This document shows, piece by piece, positions 1 through 11,380 of a DNA stretch of 64,000 nt. The notes beneath the pieces were generated by a model that worked only from the letters and a program-made list of their open reading frames with translations, ran no database searches and was not told the DNA's origin. Position 1 is the stretch's first letter, and the number at the start of each line of letters is the position of its first letter. The translations under genes and the position numbers were made by a program. This DNA comes from Octopus vulgaris (lineage: Eukaryota): contig OX597814.1 in NCBI GenBank assembly GCA_951406725.2, positions 98,580,001 through 98,644,000 of the forward strand. The letters run 5' to 3'.

Positions 1-1116
1 GCTACTGGAAAACCGCATCTTTTTGGAATCGGTTAGCTCAACCCCACAGCAATTCTTTCGGCTGTAGCTTTGTTTCTACACTGCTCCTCTCAAACTCAAA
101 GTCATTGACTGTCTTTTTACTGTTGTGTTTCAGTGCACGGGCTTGCTGCACGAACGACGCTTTCTTCGCGTTTTGCATTGAAAAAACTGGGACAATTCTC
201 TCCCCGAGCTAGTTTTTAGTGATGCCTCTACTATGCACTTGTTTACTAATTTCTCTTCTACTTTATTGTTCTCTATCCATACTTAGCTAATACTAACGGA
301 TGCAGATCTAATTTCACTCTTTAGAAAGGGTTACAGTTGTGAAAGATACATGCAGTTTCTGGTAACATAGTTCCTCCTTATTGTTCTTATTGACTGCACG
401 GATCACGATTTTGTAGCCTATGCGGTGAACATCTCGAAGTTAAAGAAAGCTTACACTAAGGTATCGGTTAAACCAAGTAAAACCTCTCTTTTAAAATATA
501 GACCCTCATGATTATCGAAGTCCTCATTGGCGCATTGCCAAAACCAAGTATCTCATAAGAAACTACCTCAAAAGACTTGTGGGTTTTTTGTTTTGCCTTC
601 CTCTGGTGACAACTCTCAGACAATCCCCACCTGCTGTCAATGTATCAATTCAGTCATCCACTAACTTTAATAAGGGAGATATTCCAAAGGATATCTCTAG
701 ACATCCAAAGAAATCAGGCCGTCCAGTTACTGTCGAGGGCTAAGCTGCCACTAATGTAAAGCCAACAACTGTTGGAGTCCAAAACCACCAGCTTATGCAA
801 GTCAAGGAAATCGTACTTGTTACTTCATTCAAGCTTTTCCGAAAAAGAGCACTTCCTTGCCACTAGAGATTTTGAACAGTTGTTACTGCTTCTACGCTGA
901 TCCCTGGTCACATTCATTTTAACAGCGTCTTCTTAGTCTGAGCATCTTAAAGTGGGGAGAAGATAATATCAAATATGAAAACAAATATATCCTGCACTAA
1001 CGTTAATCTTTTACTATACCCTTGGAAGAGACCTACAACAACTTGTCTAGAATATTTTATAAGGCTCCGAAGTCATGTAGAAAGCCTTTTCTCCAAGATC
1101 CAACATTCCTGGAGAC

Positions 1117-1365
1117 TTAATCCGCTGTCTGTCTTTGTTTGTCCCCTCTGTGTTTAGCCCCTTGTGGGTAGTAAAGAAATAGGTATTTCGTTCGTCTTTA
1201 TGTTCAGAGTTCAAAAATCTGCCGAGGTTGACTTTGCCTTTCATCCTTTCGGGGTCGATAAAATAATGTACCAGTTGAATGCTGAGGTCGTTGTAATCGA
1301 TTTGCCCGCTTCCACAAAATTGCTGGCCTTATTTCAAAATTTGAAACCATTTATTATTATTATTG
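1117..1365 (+). mobile_element. SINE family A composite: Tx1-like tail followed by a partial SINE unit
   Basis: Tail tttgtcccctctgtgtttagccccttgtgggtagtaaagaaat, then ggtatttcg...gagttcaaaaatctgccgaggttgactttgcctttcatcctttcggggtcgataaa; this core recurs more than ten times in the window. Confidence 0.8.
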
Positions 1366-1460
1366 AGTGAGAGAGCAGCACACGCCATCAAAGTGACGCT
1401 GGGGTAGAAATATACGAAGCCCAGTATATAATCATCATGACTACTCGTCTGATAAGGGCA
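1363..1460 (-). mobile_element. 3' terminal fragment of the non-coding retroelement at 21435-21874, with (AAT)n tail
   Basis: Reverse complement matches about 21783-21874 (ccttatcagacg...gtcactttgatggc...ctgctctctcactcaataat). Confidence 0.75.
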
Positions 1461-1551
1461 TCCATCTACGAAATTCCACAATTACACTCACAGTATAAAG
1501 CTACCCCATTACTCTTTTAGATAAAATCTCTCTAGATTTATCTTATCATTT

Positions 1552-1587
<36 letters not shown>

Positions 1588-1609
1588 CAATAATAATTAT
1601 AATAAAATC

Positions 1610-1960
1610 AATATGAGAGGTATAGAAAAAATAGCAAAGTACCAGGACCAAGCCATTGATTTACAGAGACTAGGACCATGCCATTGAGTTACAGAGTTAC
1701 AGAGACTATGGAAAGTGCGGGTAAAATATATCCCAGTAGTTGTAGGTGCATTAGGAACTATCCCTAAAGATTTGAACAAATGTATAGAGAAAAGAGGCAT
1801 AAAACCCAGTTTAGTACAGCTCCAGGAAACAGTGCTATTAGGGAAAGCTACGATATTTAGGAGGGTTCTCGGCATCTAAGGTTACTTGTTGTAGCCTGAC
1901 GTTAGGAATCTTTCTTTTCCAACAGTCTAATTTGTTGTGTGTACATGTATAATAATAATA
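1610..1960 (+). mobile_element. Dong/R4-type RLE non-LTR retrotransposon, 3' fragment
   Basis: Translates EKIAKYQDQAIDLQR...IPVVVGALGTIPKDLNKCIEKRGIKPSLVQLQETVLLGKATIFRRVLGI*, typical C-terminus of an RLE domain; AAT repeats on both sides. Confidence 0.8.
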
Positions 1961-2439
1961 CGTATCTCTATAACTCAATTTCATAAAAGAGTTTCGAAAG
2001 AAAATATTTGTATTGTCAACAAGATTACGATGCTGATGTAAAAAGTCAAAAGTGTCACTCGATTCTGAATTTTTAAAAGTGTTTTAGTTCACTTGCGCAA
2101 TTTCAACCCATCCAATTAATATTGACCTATCTACAGAATTCTTTAATTTCTAAGTAATTCTATTATTCTAGGACACCAAATGTACTTTTTTGTGTATTTA
2201 CTTAGCAATTCATTCACTACTAAACTTGACAGATTATAGTGAGACGGTAAGTGTGAATGTGAATGTGCGTGTGTATACACATAAATATTTATATGTGTGT
2301 TTGTATACATATATATGTGTGTATACATGTACATATATTTATATCTATCTATATCTACACATGTTTATATATATGTTTGTGTGTATGCATGCATGAATAT
2401 GCATATACACATGCATGTAGAGATATGTATATGTACATA

Positions 2440-2482
<43 letters not shown>

Positions 2483-2795
2483 GAAATATGTTTCAAAAAG
2501 AAAATAGAAACTACACGTTGAAAAGATGTGGGGAAAGTAAGAAGAAAAAAAGTGAAAATGCGCACTGAATTTCAAAAAAATAAAGGTTCTTTTTTTAATG
2601 AAAAGTAGTGACAAATAAATACAATTAGATGAACTGAAGTAGAATTAAGAGGAATTAAATTCATTATTTTGAATTGTTAAAGAGATTCAAAGTCAAACCG
2701 ATATCGTCACTGCTGTTCACTGGCTTTGAATGCGCACATATACGCGCATACATATCTTTATATGTGTATGAATATATATATATATATATATATAA

Positions 2796-2884
<89 letters not shown>

Positions 2885-2886
<2 letters not shown>

Positions 2887-3272
2887 GGGAGTATAACTCC
2901 AAAATTACAGGGAAAAATTCAATTTGATATTAAATCAGATTTCACAATATAAATATATAATATATATAAATTAGAGATAAAACCACTATTATGCAATTCA
3001 AACAATGATAGACATAAACCAAAGCATAAATAACAAATGAAATATAATTTTATAAAACATATAACTAGATCACAAAAAGTATAAAAATGAATAATCAATA
3101 TATAAGTAAGTAGTTTTTTTTTTTTACATATCATATATTGATTATTCATTTTTATACTTTTTGTGATCTAGTTATGTTTTCTAAAAATATATTCTATCTG
3201 TTATTTATGTTTTGGCTTATGTCTATCATTGTTTGAATTGCATAATAGTGGTTTTATCCCTAATTTTTATAT
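2885..3272 (+). repeat. AT-rich interspersed repeat with long internal imperfect palindrome; other copies at about 34100-34240 and 50040-50398 (minus)
   Basis: gggagtataactccaaaattacagggaaaaattcaattt terminus; arms ataaaaccactattatgcaattcaaacaatgatagacataa / ttatgtctatcattgtttgaattgcataatagtggttttat. Confidence 0.7.
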
Positions 3273-3373
3273 ATATATACACATTATCACTTAATTAGTT
3301 CGTCATAGATTATATATATATATATATAATCTATGACGAACTAATATATATATATATATAATCTATGACGAAC

Positions 3374-3423
<50 letters not shown>

Positions 3424-3698
3424 CAGTCACACACACACACACAAACTGACATTTACACAAACTTCGATGTTAATATATTTATATCAGGGGCAAAATGCTA
3501 AGCAATGTTTCGTCCGTCTTTATGTTTAAAGTTCGCATTTTGCCGAGGTCGCTTTTGCCGAGGTCGCTTTTGCCTTTCATTCGTTTGGAGTCGATGAAAT
3601 AAGTAACAATATGATCACTGGGATCGATGCAATTGACTAAAATTTCAGATGTTCAGTGTATTTAAACGTTTGTGTGAGTGGCTGTGTATGTATGTATG

Positions 3699-3812
<114 letters not shown>

Positions 3813-4597
3813 GTGCTCGCGTGTGTCTCTGTGTGTGTGCACTATACTCTGAATTAACTTGTAATACATACGGAGAATTCAATAAACTGTTGAGTGATTA
3901 TATTATATATCATTATAGTTTACAGGATGATTCAACCTTATATTGTAACTTACACTATTTAATCCCAATAATTTATTTTATTTATTACCTCTAATACATA
4001 GAACACCGAATATCTTATCGTACACGTTATCTGCATTGTATATATTTAGTTAGAACAAGTAACGCCTAAAGGTGAGAAGTGCAAACAACTGGTGACAGTT
4101 GAACGAGGTCTGCCATTGAAATTGACGTGGTATAGTAAATACTGAATGGCCTGTTGCACAGCAGATATTGATTCTGCTCCATAGTAATAAATGATGCCCT
4201 GATCGCATAGCAACTTTAAATGAGGTGGTTGGTGGACATTTGTATCTATCATAATGAGATTTAATAGCTCTGAGTTCAAATTTCGATGAAGTCGATTTTG
4301 CCTTTTCCCCCTTTTGGGATCGGTAACGTAAGAACTAGTCAAGTATTATGGTTGACTACTAGCCCTCCCACAAAATGTTTGGAGTCCTACCTATGTTAAT
4401 AATACATATTATGAGTTGGAAAATGACCAAACCAGAAAGAAAAATCCGTTTTAGAATTTTTCTCTCGTGATCTTAAGTTAAAATCTTATTCGACCGTGGT
4501 TTTCATCTCGATGCGTAATTCATTCTAATAAGAAAATGTGTTTCAAAATTAGAAAATTAAATATTTTGAACGCCTTTCATTATTTACTTGTTCTAAA

Positions 4598-4806
4598 GCG
4601 GTGAGCTGGCAGAATCGTTTGCACGCCGGGAAAAATGCTTAGCAGCATTTTGTCTGTTCTGAGTTCAAATTCCGCCGAAGTCGACTTTGCCTTTCATCCT
4701 TTCGGGGTCGATGAAATAAGTACCAGTGAAACACTGGGGTCGATGTAATCGACTATCCCTCTCCCCCAAAATTTCAGACCTTGTACCTTTAGTAGAAAGG
4801 ATTATT
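4598..4806 (+). mobile_element. tRNA-derived SINE family A, single-unit form
   Basis: A-box-like tggcagaatcg, B-box-like gagttcaaattcc, conserved core, tail ccttgtacctttagtagaaaggattatt. Confidence 0.8.
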
Positions 4807-4859
4807 TGCTTGTTCCTATATTTCAAATAAAAATAAAACTTATTTAAAGCCATAGCTGT

Positions 4860-5832
4860 TTGTAGCAAAAAGTTCTCGGACTAGTCCTGTAGCGCACCAA
4901 CAGATGGTAGCACATGATTTCGGGCGCAATAAGAGCTAGCAGTGAACTTCATGAGGCAGTGTGCCGAGTGACATCGCTATGTTTACTTCGCAAGTTGTGA
5001 AATTTGTGTTTCTGTAATCACGTATACGCTGTAGTAAGCGATTTTTGTCATGGACAGGAAGTTGGAACAAAGATCCAACGTTAAATTTTGCGTTAAACTT
5101 GTAAGTCTGCTAAAAACAGCTATCGCTTTAAATATGTTTTTATTTTTATTTGAAATATAAAAACAAGCAAATAATCCTTTCTACTAAACGTACAAGGCCT
5201 GAAATTTGTGGGGAGAGGTATTGTCGATTACATCGACCCAATGTTTCGAGTGACACGGATGCTTCAAAAACGGAAGAACGTCCCTGGAAGACGATGAGCG
5301 ACCTTGAAGATCTGCCATGAGCGTCATCCTTCGGAAATGTAGAGAAAATTCCTCAGCTTGTGCACGAGGATCGTCGGGGGACAATTGAAGCGTTTGAGGG
5401 AGAACATTCAGCGAAAGCGACCGGACCTGTGGAGCGCGAAGAACCAGATCCTTCACGACGACAATGTACCATGTCACCGAGCTCTCCTCACTCGTGAGTT
5501 TCTCACCAAAAACAACATAGTATCGCTTCCACACCTGTCCTATTTGCCAGATTTAACACCTGCGGACTTCCATCCCTTCCCCCAGAGAAAAATTCAGCTC
5601 AAACATCGCCGTTTTAATACCGTTGTCGAGATCAAAAGTAAATCGCAAACGGTCCTCGACCCACTTACGAAAAACGACTTCTAGGCCGGATTCCAGAAGT
5701 GACAGGAAAACTGGGACCGGTGTATTACTGCGCAAGGTGACTTTTTCGAAGGTGATGATGTTAAAACTTAAGTAAATAAGTTTTTTTTTTATGAAACATA
5801 ACAAGTCCGGGAACTTTTTGATACCACTTCGT
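4860..5832 (+). mobile_element. Degenerate mariner (DD34D) copy interrupted by a SINE fragment at about 5170-5245
   Basis: ILHDDNVPCH...LPHLSYLPDLTPADFH motif (decayed HDNA..PYSPDLAP.DF); TIR-like aaaaagttctcggact / agtccgggaacttttt ending ...cttcgta. Confidence 0.75.
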
Positions 5833-7639
5833 ATCTGGAGTTGAATGCCATATTCGTGGGAAAAACTTTGCATATGCTTAAATTTGAATATATTAGTTTC
5901 ATTTTATTTTCAGGACTACCAGTGAATTTCTCACTAGCTTATTCACTCCCGTAACAAAGAGAATCATAAATCTTCAGTTGATACTTCAACGTCAGCTATG
6001 ATATCAAACCTCTAATTTATTCACGCTTGCAAATTTCTACGTAAATAGATTCGATTATATTTTTATTATTTGTACTTTATTTATGCATGTATGTATAAGT
6101 GTGTTGACATATAAAGATAAGACCTCATTTAAGATTACACTTCATTTCAGCTGTTTTACTTACGAAGCACCTCGATGACTTGTGTAGAGCTACAGATAAC
6201 CAAACTGATAACATACCAGGTTACTGGCTGATGTATGTACGCTTTCTTATAACGTCATGATCACTGTACTCTAAATAAAACACATTATCACTTAATTAGT
6301 TCGTCATAGATTATCACTGAAAATGAAATGACCTAACTTAACACTGTATACTGATGCCTCAGAAAAGAAAGCGTTCCACCAAGCCGAATTGCTGTTGATG
6401 TATTGCAAGAAGAATAATTAAAAGGCTTGTATTTATCTTACGGCAGCGTGTATATATCAAATATATCATTCCGATAAAATGTTTTACTGAATCTTACAGT
6501 TCTGTGGAAGATATAATTACTCGTGGGGGTGTTAAAAACTAAAGTTTTATTGGTGATGTGTTACAGCTACAGTCATGGTGTATTAATAAATTGAAATATA
6601 TGCATGAATAAATTCACAGAAACAGAGGCAAAATAAACCATCCACATTTGGATTAGTAAATCGCCATAAAGATTAGCACTTTAATGCACAAATCTCATAT
6701 CGCTAGTATAATTCCTTTAGGAATTATGCTCTTCAATCCACTTTGCCTTTTATCCTCTGTGATCGATAAAATTAAGCACCAGTAGAATATTGGGGTCTAT
6801 CAAACTGATTATACCGTCTCCCGAAATACGATGGATTGAGCCAATGTTAAAATGAATATTAAAACAGTGGAGACGGTGCTAGGCCAGTAAAACCAGCAGA
6901 ACGTCCAGAGAAAATGCAATAAAATATTTAGGTACGGACTTCCTTTTTTTTTTTGTCCTGAGTTCAAATCTCATGGAGGTTAATTTGACGCTTTTCCTTT
7001 CGGGGTCGGTAAATGTACCTATGAAGCACTGAGATCGATGTGAGAGACTCTATACTTCCCACAAGTTTGGTTTCCTCCTAATTTCAGAAACCTATGTTAT
7101 ATGAGTGGAGAAATGGCCGAATATAAAAAGAAAAGTCTATTTCGGAATCTTTCTCTCGGTTTTTACTTCAAATATGGTTCGACTGAATTTCCCACTTCGG
7201 CATAATCGATAGGATAATTATTCCATAATTATAATTACCAATAAGTAAAAACGCTTCAAAGCATTGATTATACATTTTTAATTTAAAGGGAAGGCTTCAA
7301 TTCGATGAAATAATTCAATACTATAGCAATATAAAGTTATCTTTGAGTTCACTGTTCTTTTACTTTTATACTGGATCTAGTAATTTCACTGCGGCCATTC
7401 TGGGACATTGTATTCTAGGGCTTTAGACAATCATATTGACCCTACTACTTACTTTGATTTTAAACCTTTTTTCTGGTACTCTATTTTTTGAACGGTTTAG
7501 TAACCTTATTCCGCTTTAAATTACACAATTCCATACACACAGGTTAAACATAAAAACATACTCTCGCAAACACACATACATGCGTGCATACGCATGCACA
7601 TCGCCCCCACCACACACATATAAGTGCTGCAGTTGCTTT

Positions 7640-8030
7640 TTGGGAAGAAGACTGCTTTCGAACCGCATGGTTTTGGGTTCAGTCCCACTGTGTAGACCTT
7701 TGAGCAAGTGCCTCAGGACGACCAAAGCCTTGTGAGTGGATATGATGGATGGAAACTGAAAGAAGCCTATCGTATATGTGTGTGTATGTGCGTGTGTTTG
7801 TGAAGTGTGTGAGTGAGTGTGTGTGTATCTCCCAAAGCTGCTTGGCAACCTGTGTTGATGATGATCTGTTTACTTTTCCGTAACTGAGCGGTTCGGCAAA
7901 ATAGACCAATGAAATAGACACCAGAGTTATAATATGTACTGGGGCCGATTGTTTCGACAAAACCCTTTAAGGCGGTGCTCAAGCATGGCCGTAGTCCTAT
8001 GACTAGAACAAGTAACGGTAAGAAACGAAA
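7640..8030 (+). mobile_element. SINE family B (tRNA head, microsatellite middle, conserved tail)
   Basis: gggttcagtcccactg...gcaagtg...ccaaagccttgtgagtgga...ggaaactgaaagaagcc; tail taaggcggtgctc.agcatggcc; similar copies at 16430-16975, 52035-52460, 62718-63107. Confidence 0.75.
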
Positions 8031-8329
8031 AGGTAATATATGTAACGGGACTTCAACGCAGTATCCATCTACGAAATTCCACAATTACACTCACAATATA
8101 TCGGACAATTCGAAAACACAGTGGATACGTAAATTGTTGCTCAGTGAACTAAGATCCAGAATTATGATTGTGTTATGCAAACTTCTGAAACAAACGGCGA
8201 TCCCAGCGTCTGATTGAACATTTGAAGTTGGTTTGGTAAATAAACAATAGACTTCTGATTCATTAATTTGTAATGACAAGAAGCATACAAAAAATTCCCT
8301 AAAATATATATAACCATAATCATACTTAC

Positions 8330-8350
8330 CCGGTGGAAGGCCATCTCCAA
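8330..8350 (-). CDS. Candidate 21-nt microexon of an unidentified host gene
   Basis: Minus strand tttttctaactgtttcag|TTGGAGATGGCCTTCCACCGG|gtaagt; open in all frames; unique DNA; no homology evidence. Confidence 0.35.
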
Positions 8351-9328
8351 CTGAAACAGTTAGAAAAATTCGATTAATGACATTATCAAATGAGTTTCAT
8401 TAATTTAATCATATTTTCTTGTAGAAATAAATTTAAAGTATTCTGGCAACAGCGTTAAATTAATGGCGTAGTAATGTTTTTCAACATCCGGTGGGTAAAG
8501 ATAATTTTGACGTCATCTCCACCTTTTTAACAGGCATGATGAGTAAGACAGCATTTCGCGTCCTTTCACACCAGCGCTCTGAGGCAACAGACCCCTTAGT
8601 TATCCCTTGTTACTCTTCTGTGTTAAACCTAAAAGTAATGTTTGAATATTTAATATACTGTATTACTTGTCGAAGATTTTTGTGAAGTATGATTGAATTG
8701 TGATGACTTTCAACAAAACATCGTTTTCGCCTACTAAGATAGCATTCGGGTTAGTTTGTGCTATAGTTGTATTTCTTGAGAGAAATTTGGGAATTCAAGC
8801 GAGAAATTGTTTTTAGGTTAAAAAATTCTTTATTATTCCTATTGAGTTTGTTAAGTTTATTTTCTTTTGATATTCAAAGGACATTGAATTAATACAGGAC
8901 TATTTTTCTTTTTTTAATTATTGGTTTCTGCGGAACGAATCGTACTCATGGTCTCCTTAGACCCTCCCAAACGGATGAGATTGATGCCGTTTAACTTTCA
9001 GAATAAACTTGTAAATCGGCAGTTGTAGCCAAGACGGGAGCAAAGTCAAATTTCCAATATTATGAAAACGAATTGTGTGGCAAGTAGGACAGAGAGGCGT
9101 GTATCATTCTTGTCATGCATCTGGACACACGAACACACACACGCACACACACACACACACACACATACACACACATATGCCAACAAAGACACATACGCTA
9201 ATGCACAAGTACAAACACACGAACGCACATTAACGTTAATGGAAATGAACAGGAAAAATATATTCAACATCAGAAAAGAAAATAGGCAATTCCATTCCGT
9301 CAACCAGCTTAGTTCCTGCAGACTGGTT

Positions 9329-9392
<64 letters not shown>

Positions 9393-9547
9393 ACATAGAT
9401 ACATACACATATATATACTAAACATAGTACATACTTTTTACGGTAAAATATTTGTGTCACAGGATTTATAAAATATTTCTCATTTAATACTTTTTAAAGT
9501 TTATACAACAATTAAAATTTGAAAATTTGTTGCAACTTTCAAATTTT

Positions 9548-9802
9548 TCAAGCGAGTTTATTAATTGATAATTCCTTATTCACCTGTTCTGTTTTGTACC
9601 TGATTTCCACCATTTCGTGTCTGATCTCCGCCATTTCGTGTTTGATCTCCGCCATTTCGGGTTTGGTCTCCACCATTTTGGGTTTGGTCGCCACCATTTT
9701 GTGTCTGATCTCCCCCATTATTCCACCATGGTGTTGTATTGGGTTGTGTTGGGAAGTAAAATCTACCAGAAGCTTCCGAGAAGAAGTACAGAAGAAGGCC
9801 AA
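9548..9802 (-). pseudogene. Remnant ORF built of 21-bp (heptad) repeats, possibly a LINE ORF1 coiled coil
   Basis: MGEIRHK MVATKPK MVETKPE MAEIKHE MAEIRHE MVEIRYK heptads, about 6 x 21 bp at 9595-9720. Confidence 0.35.
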
Positions 9803-10721
9803 ATGTTATGGCCCGCATTTTCATTTCTGCAATTATCTATAAGAAAATAATTAAGATCAACAACCGATCAAACCATTGAAAAACTTCTCAACTGCTAAAT
9901 ATTTTATTATATTCTCAATATATTAAGTTATTCACACATTTGTCTTGTTTTCATATGGTTTCTTAAATAATTTATCTTCACATTTTAGATTAGAAGCAAT
10001 TTAGAATTCTATACTCCATCAATAGCCAGCCAATTGTTGCAATGCATATACTCAGAATGCTTAATCTTACCTAGAAACTGTAGAGTTTCTCCAATTAAAA
10101 GAGTATGTTCTCATTATATAGATTTTGTTAGTATAAGTAACACCTATACTGTTGAAAACACTAGTCTAGATCACTAGATTTTTCGCACAAATAGCGATAT
10201 TTTCCCTCATTCTATTTTCCACAGCAAAGAGTGATAGTCAAGGCTGGAAATTCTTTCACAAAATATTTGCGTGGCTTTAGCTGTTTTTAGTTCTACTCAA
10301 CAGCCTCTGTGTATTTCATATCTAATTAACTTTAATTAATTAATTTAATTAAATTATTAAGTATCAAGTAGCCAGGTGCCTGGTTTGCTAACAATTTAAC
10401 TAACAGCGTGCCGTTAATTAAGCATCAGTGAGCTGGCAGAATCGTTAGTACGCAGGACAAGATGTTTAATGGTAATTCATCCGTCTTTACGTTCTGAGTT
10501 GAAATTCTGCCGAAGTTGACTTTGCTTTCATTATAATAAATAATAACTGTGATATCTACCTATAATCTAATGACAATTAAGTAATTGTATAAAAGTAAAT
10601 GTGTTTCAAATTGTCTAATGGTAAAAGTAGAACGTTCATATGATATAGTATAATCAGAAACTTAAAAATATATTCGTAACTTATTTTAAAACTAATAACG
10701 CTACACGTTCACCTCATATTC

Positions 10722-11103
10722 TTTTCTACTCTGGGAACAAAGCCTGAAAATTTGGGGGAGGAGGGGGCAATCGATTACATCAACCCCAGTACGCAACTGG
10801 TAAGTTAATTTATCGACCCCGAAAGGTAAAGTCGCCGTCGACGGAATTTGAACTCAGAACGTAACGGCAGACGAAATACTTATTTCTTTACTACCCACAA
10901 GGGGCTAAACACAGAGGGGACAAACAAAGACAGACAAACGGATTAAATCGATTACATCGACCCCAGTGCGTAACTGGTCCTTAATTTATCGACCCCGAAA
11001 GAATGAAAGGTAAAGTAGACCTCGACGGAATTTGAACTCAGAACATAAAGATAGATGAAATATTTCGTCCGGCGTGCTAACGCTTCTGCTAGCTCACTGC
11101 CTT
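10722..11103 (-). mobile_element. SINE family A composite (head-core-Tx1 tail-partial head-core-second tail)
   Basis: Reverse complement of the same modules seen at 17425-17815. Confidence 0.8.
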
Positions 11104-11248
11104 ACGTTCACCATATATTACAAGAGATTTAATTCACAATGAACACATTTTATTACAGATAGAATCCATTGAACCCACACAACTTAGATATCTTGCAAAC
11201 AACTTGCACATGCAAGTGCTACCAGTTAAAAGCTCCGTATATCGGAAG

Positions 11249-11360
11249 CTAGCAAGTGTATGGGGTCATCAGGAGAGAATGCGCGCCGTTTCGGGGCCTA
11301 CCTCTCGACGGCATCAATGCGCACCGGCCCCCCTCACTGATATGAGGCCCCGCTTGCTAG
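11249..11360 (-). ncRNA. Candidate non-circularly permuted hammerhead ribozyme in the HERO 3' UTR
   Basis: GCCG-UC-GAGAG ... GGCCCC-GAAA-CGGC ... CUCUC-CUGAUGA-CCCC; complete core, each helix has a Watson-Crick partner. Confidence 0.7.
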
Positions 11361-11380
11361 ATCAGCTGGTTATGATGAAC

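Noticed and set aside
6160-6317. Terminal or extra exons on the minus strand
   Set aside because: Several overlapping splice-like signals with stops; cannot be distinguished from chance
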